This document shows positions 39,871-49,020 of a stretch of DNA of 64,000 nucleotides, one piece after another. Source of the stretch: an uncultured bacterium (GTDB lineage Bacteria > Oederibacteriota > JAAXVQ01 > JAUVAV01); contig CAVQBK010000003.1 in NCBI GenBank assembly GCA_963710755.1, forward strand, positions 1,248,001 through 1,312,000, in the 5' to 3' direction. A model generated the notes under the pieces. It searched no databases, was not told the origin of the DNA, and saw only the letters and a program-made list of their open reading frames with translations. The translations under genes were made by a program, and so were the position numbers. Numbering within the stretch: position 1 is the stretch's first letter; each line of letters begins with the position of its first letter.

Positions 39871-40036
39871 TTTTTTTGCTTCACCATTAAAGTTGCGAAG
39901 GATTTTAACCGACCCTAAAGGCTTTTTTCGTCATGTGTTCGTCGGGCAGCTGACAGGAAAGGGGGGATGAGAGCGTCGTTGGATTTATGTGCTGCAGTTT
40001 ACAAAGACCATAATAAAAATTGATGAGGTGAAGACC

Positions 40037-40633
40037 ATGAAAAAGAAACTCCTGATTGCTTTAGCCCTTCTGGCCTCCTTAACGCTGGCCGCCCAGTCTT
40101 TTGCCGCTACCACAGCCACCGTTAACATTACGGTCACCATTGTCAGCGGTGTGGTTAGTATTGCCAATACCGGTCCTGCTGATGTTTCCTTCAATGCTAC
40201 CAATCCAACAATTTTATTCAACCAAACAGGTTATGTAAGCGCTGACGGTACCGGCAATGGCCGGGCTATCTTTAAAAATGACAGCGTTGATACAACTGCT
40301 GATTTTTCGGTACAAGCTATAGACTTTGATCCGAATTTTACCTTGGGCACAGCCCCAAGCGCCACTGCTGGCGTACTTTATGGTATTTGGACACAATGGG
40401 ATCGTACTCCTATTGCTGCCTCCGATTTTGTGGCTAATGATATCATTACCACTACCTCCAAACTTTCCAGCACAACGGATTTTGCTTTGGATGGAGAAGG
40501 CGATAATGTTAAAGGCTTCAATATCCCGGCAGGTGACGAACGGAATATGTACTTCCGCTTGGATACACCCACCAGCGGCACGGCTGGGTCTTTTACCTCG
40601 ACCATGACCGTCACCGCTTCAGTCCATATTTAA
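40037..40633 (+). CDS. Secreted pilin-like subunit 3 (probable major subunit)
   Basis: GAGGTG RBS, signal ending SFA, N-terminal ATTATVNITVTI, GIWTQWDR..AASDF..NDII, VKGFNIP.G..R.MYFRLDTP, ends TASVHI; followed by a perfect 17 bp hairpin. Confidence 0.78.
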   Translation: MKKKLLIALALLASLTLAAQSFAATTATVNITVTIVSGVVSIANTGPADVSFNATNPTILFNQTGYVSADGTGNGRAIFKNDSVDTTADFSVQAIDFDPNFTLGTAPSATAGVLYGIWTQWDRTPIAASDFVANDIITTTSKLSSTTDFALDGEGDNVKGFNIPAGDERNMYFRLDTPTSGTAGSFTSTMTVTASVHI

Positions 40634-40646
40634 TTTAAGCCAACGG

Positions 40647-40683
40647 CATATCCAACTGCCCCAGCCTGGGGCAGTTGGATATG
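40647..40683. terminator. Perfect 17 bp inverted repeat (mRNA-stabilising or attenuating hairpin, no U tract)
   Basis: catatccaactgcccca-gcc-tggggcagttggatatg. Confidence 0.7.
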
Positions 40684-40708
40684 ATCCGGCTGGGCAGGGG
40701 GACCTAGA

Positions 40709-41608
40709 ATGATAAAAAAAATATGGGGCTTAATAATAGCTGTATTGGTTCTGTCTGCAGGTTCGGTGCATGCCGATGCACTGGCTTTACGTAATTATGC
40801 TGAGATCTTGGTTCAAAACCTGCAAATCGGTCAGACCTACAGCATGATCAACCTTGTCAACCTGCCTCTGGAAATCGCCAACAACGGCGATGCCCCTGCG
40901 ACCGTGGAAATCAATGTTTTTAAGCCTTCACCGGGCAAGACCAAGCCCGGCTTTGAACCCATTCCCGATACGTCCTGGATTACTATTGCACCCAAACAAG
41001 TGACCATTGCAGCGCATGCGGTTTATGACACGGATGTGAAAATTTCCATCCCCAAAGATAAAGCCCTGCTGGGCAAAAAATTTCATGCTGATTTGCATGT
41101 GCGCACCCTGCCGGAAGGTAAGTCCATGATGATGATCGCCTTGGCCGTACAGGGTCGGTTTTTATTTACTATTGCACCGGTGGAGCAGGAAACAACTGCA
41201 CCGGAAAAAGTAAATCTCAATTTTAGCGTCAAGCCGGGACGGATCGTGCTGGATCAGGTGCCCTTGGGCCGGGCCGTGGCCGTGAAAGCTGAAAAAGGCC
41301 ATCCGGTTACCATTAAAAATAGTAGCGCGGAAGAATTAACCATTTTCGTTAAGAGTCTGGATCCTCGACAAACCATCACGCGCATTGAAGAAGGTTACCA
41401 AGCCTGCCCTGATCCGAATTTTATCACCTGTCCTCAGGGTGAACTCCAGCTTAAGGGTAAATCGGAAAAAGCATTGGAACTGAAATTGCGGATTCCTGAC
41501 CAGCCTGCTTACCGCGGCAAGCATTATCAGTTTATTGTGGCCGTGAGCACAGGCGAACAGACCAGCGGGATCAGATATGTGCCCATTCTGGTCAATACTG
41601 CACCCTAA
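40709..41608 (+). CDS. Secreted two-Ig-domain pilus chaperone-like protein (PapD/DUF916-like)
   Basis: Signal peptide; two repeats of L.I.N......V......P......GF/YE..PD..WI...P..V.......V/L...IP.......GK.Y/F. Confidence 0.55.
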   Translation: MIKKIWGLIIAVLVLSAGSVHADALALRNYAEILVQNLQIGQTYSMINLVNLPLEIANNGDAPATVEINVFKPSPGKTKPGFEPIPDTSWITIAPKQVTIAAHAVYDTDVKISIPKDKALLGKKFHADLHVRTLPEGKSMMMIALAVQGRFLFTIAPVEQETTAPEKVNLNFSVKPGRIVLDQVPLGRAVAVKAEKGHPVTIKNSSAEELTIFVKSLDPRQTITRIEEGYQACPDPNFITCPQGELQLKGKSEKALELKLRIPDQPAYRGKHYQFIVAVSTGEQTSGIRYVPILVNTAP

Positions 41609-42385
41609 ATGAAGGGTTTACGTTTATTGATAATTGTTGCTGTTGTTGCCGGTTTGACAGCGAGCCGGTTGATGGCTTTGGCTCTGGATTTGGACCCTGC
41701 CATGATCCAGGCAAACCTCCGGCCGCACGAGTCCCGGACTTTTACGGTCCGGATCAGCAACCCGTCGTCTGAGAAGATTAGGTTGACCGTGGAATCTGAC
41801 TGTTGGAGTCCCGGCCGGCTTCCCGGTCCATCGGAACAATGGCTGCAGCTGACGCCGCACCAGATGGTATTAGGTCCCGGCCAAACTGAGGACTTACAAA
41901 TAAAGACAGTCTTTCCCGATCCCCTGGAGGGGGAAGTGGTGATGATGGTTTATCTGGTACCGGAGATCAAGCCAGGGCAGCTATCCATCAAGACCAGGAT
42001 GGGGTTTCCGGTTTATTTAAGGAAAAACGCTACGGTTGAAAAGAAGGCGGCCATAACGGCATTTTCAGCACGGCAACAGGGGAACCGGTTGCTTTTGAAT
42101 TTTGAATTGCGCAACAACGGCAACAGCCATCTGTTGCCTTTCGGCGCGGTGCTGCTCAAACAGCAAGGCAAAGTAATGCGGCAACGGGAAGTGGTTTTTG
42201 ACCAGCCCCTGTTCCGAGACCGGACGTTGAGCAAGCAGGCGGAGATGGATCTGGGCGGTCTTGGGCCGGGCCACTATCAGGCTCAATTGGACCTGTTTTT
42301 GAATGACGGGTTTAACCAGGATTTTGCGCAAGCCGGGCTGCCACTGGTTAGTAAAACCTGTGAGGTTACAATAGAAAAACCATGA
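41609..42385 (+). CDS. PapD-like periplasmic pilus chaperone
   Basis: Signal peptide; LDLDP, ISNPS....L.V, WL.L.P....L.PG....L.I, MGFPVY, LRNNGNSHL. Directly abuts the upstream stop codon. Confidence 0.65.
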   Translation: MKGLRLLIIVAVVAGLTASRLMALALDLDPAMIQANLRPHESRTFTVRISNPSSEKIRLTVESDCWSPGRLPGPSEQWLQLTPHQMVLGPGQTEDLQIKTVFPDPLEGEVVMMVYLVPEIKPGQLSIKTRMGFPVYLRKNATVEKKAAITAFSARQQGNRLLLNFELRNNGNSHLLPFGAVLLKQQGKVMRQREVVFDQPLFRDRTLSKQAEMDLGGLGPGHYQAQLDLFLNDGFNQDFAQAGLPLVSKTCEVTIEKP

Positions 42386-42486
42386 TCATCGGCGGGCATC
42401 TGCAATAATGATGAAATAAAGGGCTGTTGTCCTTTGTCTAATCACTAGAGCGTGCTCTGACCGGATGCCAAGAAAGGATTAATGCT

Positions 42487-43443
42487 ATGGTCCGACATAA
42501 GGGGATGTGGAGCCTGGGATGTTTGGCGGGCCTGTTGCTGATGGCCTGGCCGCAACACAGTTACGCTGAAGCCTTTATCCGTGCGGATGTACTGGGCCTC
42601 TCGACCAATGCCGCGGCCACGGGCACCTTGAATCTTGGGTCCTTGAGCGTTCAGGATCAGTATTACCTTTTTCCTTTTTATTTGCGCATTGAATTCCCAT
42701 CCACCAATTTCACCGCCTGGGGTATACAAATGTATACCAACAACAATAAAACCCAAAGCTGGACGCCATTGAATGGTTTAAGCGGTGGCTTGCGGGGGCT
42801 TACCAATCCCAGTTACGGCATTCCCATGCATTGGCAGGTCTATGATCAGCTGCAAGATGCTGTTCCCAATTGGGGCGCAGCCAATTCCGTGACCATGACT
42901 GCAGGCGGCCTGGCTTATAACAGCTCAACCTTAGGGTATTGGGGCAGACTGTATGACCAGTCGGATGCGGATGTGAAGGATAGTTGGGACACGAGCACCA
43001 TAGTCCTGCGGCGTACGCTGGCCAGGGATAAGGGGTTGGGCGATTATCCGGTGAGTGGCAGGCCCACGGCCAATTCGCCTATCTATGTTTACCTGGGGCT
43101 GGATTTAACCGCTGTGACCATGTCCCAAACTTATGGCACGACCTTAATCGTGGATTTATATAATTTGAACATTCCCATTTCCCAAGGCGGTTATGCCACA
43201 CCCAATCCGTTCACGCCGACCACAGGGCAAAAGACTAATTTTAATTTTTCCGTTCAAAATTATAGCGCAGCCTTTAAGATTAATATCTACACCATCCGCG
43301 GCCGCAAGATCCGAACCATTACCGATTCACGGGAATGGGATGGCCGCAATGACCACGGTGAGATGATGGAAGGCGGTCTATATATTTATCAAATTGAAGC
43401 TGAAGGCAAGCGAGTAAGCGGCACGGTGGTGCTGATTAAATAA
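42487..43443 (+). CDS. Secreted pilin-like domain fused to FlgD/T9SS-type C-terminal domain
   Basis: Signal ending SYA. N-domain with WGIQMYTNN and terminal strands PIYVYLGLD...QTYGTTLIVDLY. CTD: PNPFTP...INIYTIRGRKIR...WDGRN..G....GGLYIYQI...SGTVVLIK. Confidence 0.7.
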   Translation: MVRHKGMWSLGCLAGLLLMAWPQHSYAEAFIRADVLGLSTNAAATGTLNLGSLSVQDQYYLFPFYLRIEFPSTNFTAWGIQMYTNNNKTQSWTPLNGLSGGLRGLTNPSYGIPMHWQVYDQLQDAVPNWGAANSVTMTAGGLAYNSSTLGYWGRLYDQSDADVKDSWDTSTIVLRRTLARDKGLGDYPVSGRPTANSPIYVYLGLDLTAVTMSQTYGTTLIVDLYNLNIPISQGGYATPNPFTPTTGQKTNFNFSVQNYSAAFKINIYTIRGRKIRTITDSREWDGRNDHGEMMEGGLYIYQIEAEGKRVSGTVVLIK

Positions 43444-43537
43444 TCGTCCCAGCGCGTTAGCTGGCCGGCATCCCAAGAACCTGGAACCTCTGTGGCTGCA
43501 ACCTACAACGCTATAATTAGATGGCCCGGATGGACCA

Positions 43538-44614
43538 ATGAGGAAGGAATGGGGGCGCATGATAGCCAAACCTCATAAGGCATATTTTAAAAGTGGAGCC
43601 AAGGTTGTTTTGGTGGTCCTGGTCATGCTTGTGACCGGGGTGGAGGCTGGTCATGCTTATTTTGAAGATTTAGGTATGGGCAGCAGACCCATCGGCATGG
43701 GTGAAGCCTTTGTGGCCGTAGCCGATGATTCCAATGCCGTACTCTGGAATGTGGCCGGTCTGGCCGGACTTAAAACCCGCGAAATCAACTTGATGTACTC
43801 TGATTTGTATTCTCAACTCAATGGTAAATTATATACCGGTGACAACGACCATTTGGGCTTTCATAACATTGGAATGGTCATGCCCTTTGATCCGGTCATT
43901 GGCAGTTTTGGTTTTACCTGGACCTATTTCGATTCTGTTTTTTACAAAGAAAATACGTTTATCCTCAGTTATGCCAGGTCCATAGGTGATACTGTCTTTG
44001 AGTGGGCCGGTGTTAAGGACAAACTTAAGGATATAGGGCTGGACGCAGGGATAAACTTGAAGCTCCTCAACTGGATGCTGACAGAAGATCGTTATACTGC
44101 CCTTAATCCGGCGTTGCAATCCAATAAAAGCCGTACCGGGTTCACGGCTGATTTTGGATTGCTGGCCACATTTCCTTATGGCATCAAGGCAGGACTGAGT
44201 GTGGCCAACTTAATCCCTGCCAATATGGGGGTGGTGGAGTATGAGACGGCACCTATAAATTTCAGACTGGGAGCTTCTTATACTTATGAATTTGACAAAA
44301 AAGGCTCCCTGGTTAATTCACTTCTGGGCACCCTGGAATTAACCCAACGCAATAATATTTCCGACCTCAGGGTGGGAACAGAGGCCTGGTTCTTTGAGCA
44401 TCAGGCAGCCTTGCGGATGGGAAGCACAGCCGATCAATTTGCAGCGGGTATCAGCTATCTGTTGCCCATTGCCAGGACGCCCATTAAACTTCGGTTTGAT
44501 TATGCCTTTACTTACTCCTATACGATTCAGGATACCATTGGATCACACCGTGTAGCCATGGTCGTCTTTTGGAATCCTGAACCACGGGAAGCCTATTTTA
44601 AGCCCTTGCAATGA
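43538..44614 (+). CDS. PorV/PorQ-like (FadL-related) outer-membrane beta-barrel
   Basis: GSRPIGMGEAFVAVADDSNAVLWNVAGLA N-terminal motif, amphipathic strands, FDYAF...SHRV. Start may be at 43559. Confidence 0.8.
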   Translation: MRKEWGRMIAKPHKAYFKSGAKVVLVVLVMLVTGVEAGHAYFEDLGMGSRPIGMGEAFVAVADDSNAVLWNVAGLAGLKTREINLMYSDLYSQLNGKLYTGDNDHLGFHNIGMVMPFDPVIGSFGFTWTYFDSVFYKENTFILSYARSIGDTVFEWAGVKDKLKDIGLDAGINLKLLNWMLTEDRYTALNPALQSNKSRTGFTADFGLLATFPYGIKAGLSVANLIPANMGVVEYETAPINFRLGASYTYEFDKKGSLVNSLLGTLELTQRNNISDLRVGTEAWFFEHQAALRMGSTADQFAAGISYLLPIARTPIKLRFDYAFTYSYTIQDTIGSHRVAMVVFWNPEPREAYFKPLQ

Positions 44615-44905
44615 ATCGGCCTAAATGGCTCTGTGCCAAGGTAAGCAAAGGGTGGAGCACTTCGGATAAGTGTTTGCATTAATCATTTTTAGGCTGTGTG
44701 ATGCGAAACAGTTGGATATGTGCAGTTATTAAAAGAGATTATTTGCAAAATATATTAGCAAATTAATTTTTTGCTATATTTTTTTTCGGTGATGTAATAA
44801 AGTATACAAAATTTAATTCTCTCCAGGAAAAATCATCGGATTAATCATTCAATGAATATGATTTATCCAAAGGAGAATAACTTTAAGTGGCCCAAGGAGG
44901 TTCGA

Positions 44906-46021
44906 ATGAAAAGAGTTTTAAATGTTTTGATGGCAGTTTGTTTCCTAGGTCTGACGGGTATGGCGATGGCCAAAGGAGGAACCAAGGTGATCGATCCCAC
45001 CAAGACCACCTTTGGTTGGGCCGTTTATACCGACAAGGAAACCACTACCAAATTGGACGTGGTCAAGGGTGTAGATCATCAATCAGCATTGCGTTTAAGC
45101 TATACCTTTGGTGATTGCGAATGGATTGCCTTGGTTAAAGAAACCACTTTCAGCATGGAAACCGGTGATGCTATTAAGTTTAACTATAAGGGTACCGGGG
45201 CGGTGCTGAATTTAAAAGTAAAAGTATCGGACGGCAAGGGGACGGTATTTGGCTTTGACATCCTCACCGGCACCAAGGCGCCCAAATGGCAAACAGTGGT
45301 TATTCCTAAAAATGATTTCAACTATCTCTATGGTGGTGATGGGAAAATCGATTGGAATGCTCTGGTCAAATTTGAAGTTACCCTGGATGACAGCGCGCCC
45401 ATGGGCAGCTATGTGATCAACAAAGATAAACCGGGTATTCTGGAAATTTCCAATATTCGTATTGTCAAGTCTTTCAAAGCTGTAGTTCCCGGGTCCAGGA
45501 GCATGGGCAAAAGACTTTCCGACGGAAGCTATCTGCTGGATCCCCTGGTTTCGCCCGATGATTGGGCCAGCTATGCCGATCAAGACGGAAAATGCGATTT
45601 GTCCACCGTGAAAATGATTTCCAATGCCAAAACAAAAAGATCCATCAAAGCCTTGAAAGCGGTCTACAATTTTGGCAAGGATGGCGTCTGGGTGGCCATT
45701 GTTAAAATGGTCAACCTTGATTTATCCAAAATGAAAATGGTGGAGTTTTATTATCGGGGAACCGGTGGCGCCAACAGTCTGCAGTTCAAGTTAACCGATG
45801 GCAAGGAAAGGGTTTACGGATACACCTTAAATGAAACCACGGCCCGCAAATCCTGGAAGAAAGTCATTATACCGGAAAAATCCCTGAAGTATCTGTACGG
45901 TGGTCCCGCCGAAGCGCCGATTGATTTGTCGGACATTAAAAAAATTGAGTTTACCATTGAAAAGAAGGATGCTGCCACCCCGGGTGGCACGCTCTATCTG
46001 CGGTTGTTAAAATACAATTAA
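44906..46021 (+). CDS. Secreted protein with two CBM11/CIA30-like carbohydrate-binding domains
   Basis: AAGGAGG RBS supports the start at 44906; signal peptide; two repeats of W..Y.D...AL...Y.FG...W(I/V)A.VK...F.Y.GTG....L..K..DG....W..V.IP.....YLYGG. Confidence 0.75.
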   Translation: MKRVLNVLMAVCFLGLTGMAMAKGGTKVIDPTKTTFGWAVYTDKETTTKLDVVKGVDHQSALRLSYTFGDCEWIALVKETTFSMETGDAIKFNYKGTGAVLNLKVKVSDGKGTVFGFDILTGTKAPKWQTVVIPKNDFNYLYGGDGKIDWNALVKFEVTLDDSAPMGSYVINKDKPGILEISNIRIVKSFKAVVPGSRSMGKRLSDGSYLLDPLVSPDDWASYADQDGKCDLSTVKMISNAKTKRSIKALKAVYNFGKDGVWVAIVKMVNLDLSKMKMVEFYYRGTGGANSLQFKLTDGKERVYGYTLNETTARKSWKKVIIPEKSLKYLYGGPAEAPIDLSDIKKIEFTIEKKDAATPGGTLYLRLLKYN

Positions 46022-46029
46022 TTACACTC

Positions 46030-46061
46030 CAAGGCCTCCGGTGCGAGCACCGGAGGCCTTG
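46030..46061. terminator. Perfect 14 bp hairpin between CBM genes
   Basis: caaggcctccggtg-cgag-caccggaggccttg followed by atttgtt. Confidence 0.7.
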
Positions 46062-46083
46062 ATTTGTTAGGAGCGCTTAGCCG

Positions 46084-48024
46084 ATGAAAAAATGGTCTGT
46101 GATCACCACGATTATTTCACTCTTCTTAGTCGCGGGTAGTGCCTGGGGCACCATCATTACTCCGAGTCAAAATATCACCTCTTCCGCAAGTACCTGGACC
46201 ACATCCGTTGATCAAAATAATACGATTACACTGACCACTCAATCCGACGCCACCCATGGCACTTATCTTGATATGGCCTACAATCTGGGCGGCGGCGGCG
46301 CCTGGGTTGCGGCGGATAATGCATCCATGGTTTCTGTTCTGGATTTGGCCACTAAGGGCAATGCTTTTCGGTTTTATTTAAAAGGGGAAGGCCTGGCGAA
46401 TAATTTTGTCATCAAGGCCCAACTCCCGGATGGCACGGTGTTTAAGTCCAAGACTTATTCCATTCCCACCAATGGAGCATGGATAACGCAAACAGTGTTG
46501 TTTACCGACATGGATTATGCCTACGGCAATCCGCTTTACGATGAGGATGATTTCAGCCAACATGCCGACCAGACGTCGAACATTGAATTTACCATTCAAC
46601 CGGTGGAGGGTGGCGCCGGATCGATGGCCATTGATGATCTAAAAGTAGTTTCCTATTACCCCGATGTGGTGATCACGCCGACCCCAACTGCGGTCGATGA
46701 TGCGGAACAGGCCAATTTAAATAACTTTAACAGTCCCGTGGGTCCCTTGGGCCATGCCACAGTTGACTTGGTAAGCGCTAATCCCACTCCCATTCAGGGA
46801 ACCTCCTGTAGACGTATCATTGCTCAGAATGACAGCGCTGATTACGAGGACGGCATGTATGAGATTATTTATTATAACAATGTCTCGTCCCAGGCTTTTG
46901 ACGCCACGCCTTACACGTATCTCTCCTTTTATGTTTATGCCCAAACGGTTCCCGGTGATATTCATCTTGATCTAAAGCAAGCCGACCTGTCGGTGGTGCA
47001 AACCGTGACTATTCAGGATTATCTGGCCGACGGCCATTGGGATCCCAACACCTGGGAATTGGTCAACATTCCTTTAAGTGCCTGGCCGGCCGTGAACAAA
47101 AGCCAATTGGGGCAATTGGTCTTCTCTTTGCCGGCCGGCTACTCCTTTTACGTGGACGCCATGACCTTTGAATTTAAATTGGGTCCTGCTTACATGGTGG
47201 ACAACATGGATACCTATTATACCGACTCTTCCTGGTTTTTTGGCGACTCCGGCAATGACACCAGCACCTCCCTGGAGAGCATTGACGGTGTGGACAACAA
47301 AGCCCTAAGGTTGAACTTTACCTTCCCTACCGTGCTTCTTCCATCGGTGGACTATTACGCATACTTGAAAAGAGGCTTCAGCATTAATTTGAAGGAAAAC
47401 AACGCTGATGCCATCACTTTTGACTATAAAGGCACCGGGGCGAGCAATAACATAGAATTTAAAATGACGGACAGTCAGGACACCATTTACCGGTTTGTGC
47501 TGCAGAATGCCACCAATACCAACGGGGTTTGGAAAACCACGTTCATGCCCTACAGCGAATTTGCCTACTTCAGTGGTAAAAATACCACCTTTGATTTTAA
47601 GGATTTGGTGAAGATCGAAATTGCTTTTTCCAAAGGCAATGGCAATGAGGGGACCGTGGGTTTTTCCAACATTGCTTATGTAAAAAAACCGGATTTTTCT
47701 GCACTCATTCCCAAGACCGGCCTGATTAGGTCATTCTCCATCGACAACAATCCTTTTGCACCCCGGGACGACACGCCCCGATCGAAAGCCACCTTCAGCT
47801 ATGTCCTGAGTGAGCCCAACGCCAAAGTATGGCTCAATATTTATGATCTTAATGGCAATCCCATTATTAAATTGGAACCGGCGGCGGGTGACAGTAAAAT
47901 TGTCTGGAACGGAAAAAATGAGAATGGTTATCGCGTGAGGAACGGCATGTATCTTTATCAATTTGTCGCCCAGGGATTGTCTAAAACCGAGCGCGTCAAG
48001 AATATTATTGCCGTGATACGCTAA
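46084..48024 (+). CDS. Secreted multi-CBM11-like protein with FlgD/T9SS-type C-terminal domain
   Basis: Signal peptide; FYLKGEG..NNF..K, YLSFYVY, FDYKGTGASNNIEFK motifs; CTD NNPFAP...IYDLNG...WNGKNENG..V.NGMYLYQ...IIAVIR. Confidence 0.75.
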   Translation: MKKWSVITTIISLFLVAGSAWGTIITPSQNITSSASTWTTSVDQNNTITLTTQSDATHGTYLDMAYNLGGGGAWVAADNASMVSVLDLATKGNAFRFYLKGEGLANNFVIKAQLPDGTVFKSKTYSIPTNGAWITQTVLFTDMDYAYGNPLYDEDDFSQHADQTSNIEFTIQPVEGGAGSMAIDDLKVVSYYPDVVITPTPTAVDDAEQANLNNFNSPVGPLGHATVDLVSANPTPIQGTSCRRIIAQNDSADYEDGMYEIIYYNNVSSQAFDATPYTYLSFYVYAQTVPGDIHLDLKQADLSVVQTVTIQDYLADGHWDPNTWELVNIPLSAWPAVNKSQLGQLVFSLPAGYSFYVDAMTFEFKLGPAYMVDNMDTYYTDSSWFFGDSGNDTSTSLESIDGVDNKALRLNFTFPTVLLPSVDYYAYLKRGFSINLKENNADAITFDYKGTGASNNIEFKMTDSQDTIYRFVLQNATNTNGVWKTTFMPYSEFAYFSGKNTTFDFKDLVKIEIAFSKGNGNEGTVGFSNIAYVKKPDFSALIPKTGLIRSFSIDNNPFAPRDDTPRSKATFSYVLSEPNAKVWLNIYDLNGNPIIKLEPAAGDSKIVWNGKNENGYRVRNGMYLYQFVAQGLSKTERVKNIIAVIR

Positions 48025-48057
48025 GCAAGCAGAATGAAACTATAGGGGGGAACCTAC

Positions 48058-48927
48058 GTGCGTTATCGAATGACGTTGAAGGCGGTTATGATCACGACTC
48101 TGTTTTTGGTGACGCCGGTTCTTAGCCGGGCCGGCGCTTTTGATCCTATCCCTACGGGCGCGCAAGCCTGGGGCATGGGTAATGCATACACAGCGGTGGT
48201 GAACGACGCCAATGCCGTGCAGTGGAATCCGGCGGCCTTGGCTGATGTGATTCGTCCCCAAGCCGTGGGGTCCCATATGGATATTCAGAGTTTGGGCCTA
48301 TTATTTTATGATCAGTTCACCTATGCCCAGCCCTTTGTATTTAACAATGTGATCGGCGTGTCCTGGCTGCGCATGGGCACGTCAGGACAGGTCAGTTTCC
48401 TCAATTATTCGGAGAATACCTTTATTCTGTCCTATCAGCAGCCTATTATTGAAAATTTATCGGCCGGTTTGAATGTGAAAGTCTTCGAAGTCGAGTCGGA
48501 CAATTCCGCGGGTGGGCTCGGTTTTGACCTGGGCTTGCGTTACCGCGTACTCCCTGAACTGGGTGTGGCCGTGGTGGGCGAGAACATCAACCACCCTGAA
48601 ATTTTTTGGCTTACCAGTGCGGTGGACCGGCTGCCGGTGAATTTACGGGTGGGTCTGGCCGGGTATATTGATCCCGATACCACCGTGGCCGTGGATGGCC
48701 ATCATCTGGTGGAAACCTATCCCGAGTTTCACGTCGGCGTGGAGCGCTGGTTTTTTGATCATGTCCTGGCTCTGCGGGCGGGCGGCACTTATCTTTCTCA
48801 AAACAAAAAAATGATGCCAGCCCTCGGGTTTGGGGTGAAATTTACTTTTATCCAATTTGACTATGCCTATGGATTCCACTATGAATTGGACGGCAACCAT
48901 GTCTTTAGTTTAAAGATCTCGTTCTAG
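48058..48927 (+). CDS. PorV/PorQ-like outer-membrane beta-barrel
   Basis: GTG start with GGGGGG RBS; GAQAWGMGNAYTAVVNDANAVQWNPAALA; FDYAY...NHVFSLKISF terminal beta-signal. Confidence 0.82.
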   Translation: MRYRMTLKAVMITTLFLVTPVLSRAGAFDPIPTGAQAWGMGNAYTAVVNDANAVQWNPAALADVIRPQAVGSHMDIQSLGLLFYDQFTYAQPFVFNNVIGVSWLRMGTSGQVSFLNYSENTFILSYQQPIIENLSAGLNVKVFEVESDNSAGGLGFDLGLRYRVLPELGVAVVGENINHPEIFWLTSAVDRLPVNLRVGLAGYIDPDTTVAVDGHHLVETYPEFHVGVERWFFDHVLALRAGGTYLSQNKKMMPALGFGVKFTFIQFDYAYGFHYELDGNHVFSLKISF

Positions 48928-49020
48928 TGCGAAAGATAGCGGTGACACAAACGCACCGGTATTCAGCAAGCGATCACGATAGCATGCAAAAGCATCATTA
49001 GCGACGGAAGAGGTGCATGA

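Noticed and set aside
39119-40036. Possible c-di-GMP riboswitches in the leaders of the pilin-like genes
   Set aside because: No GGCAAACC...GAAA...GGACGCAAAGC-type consensus found by eye.
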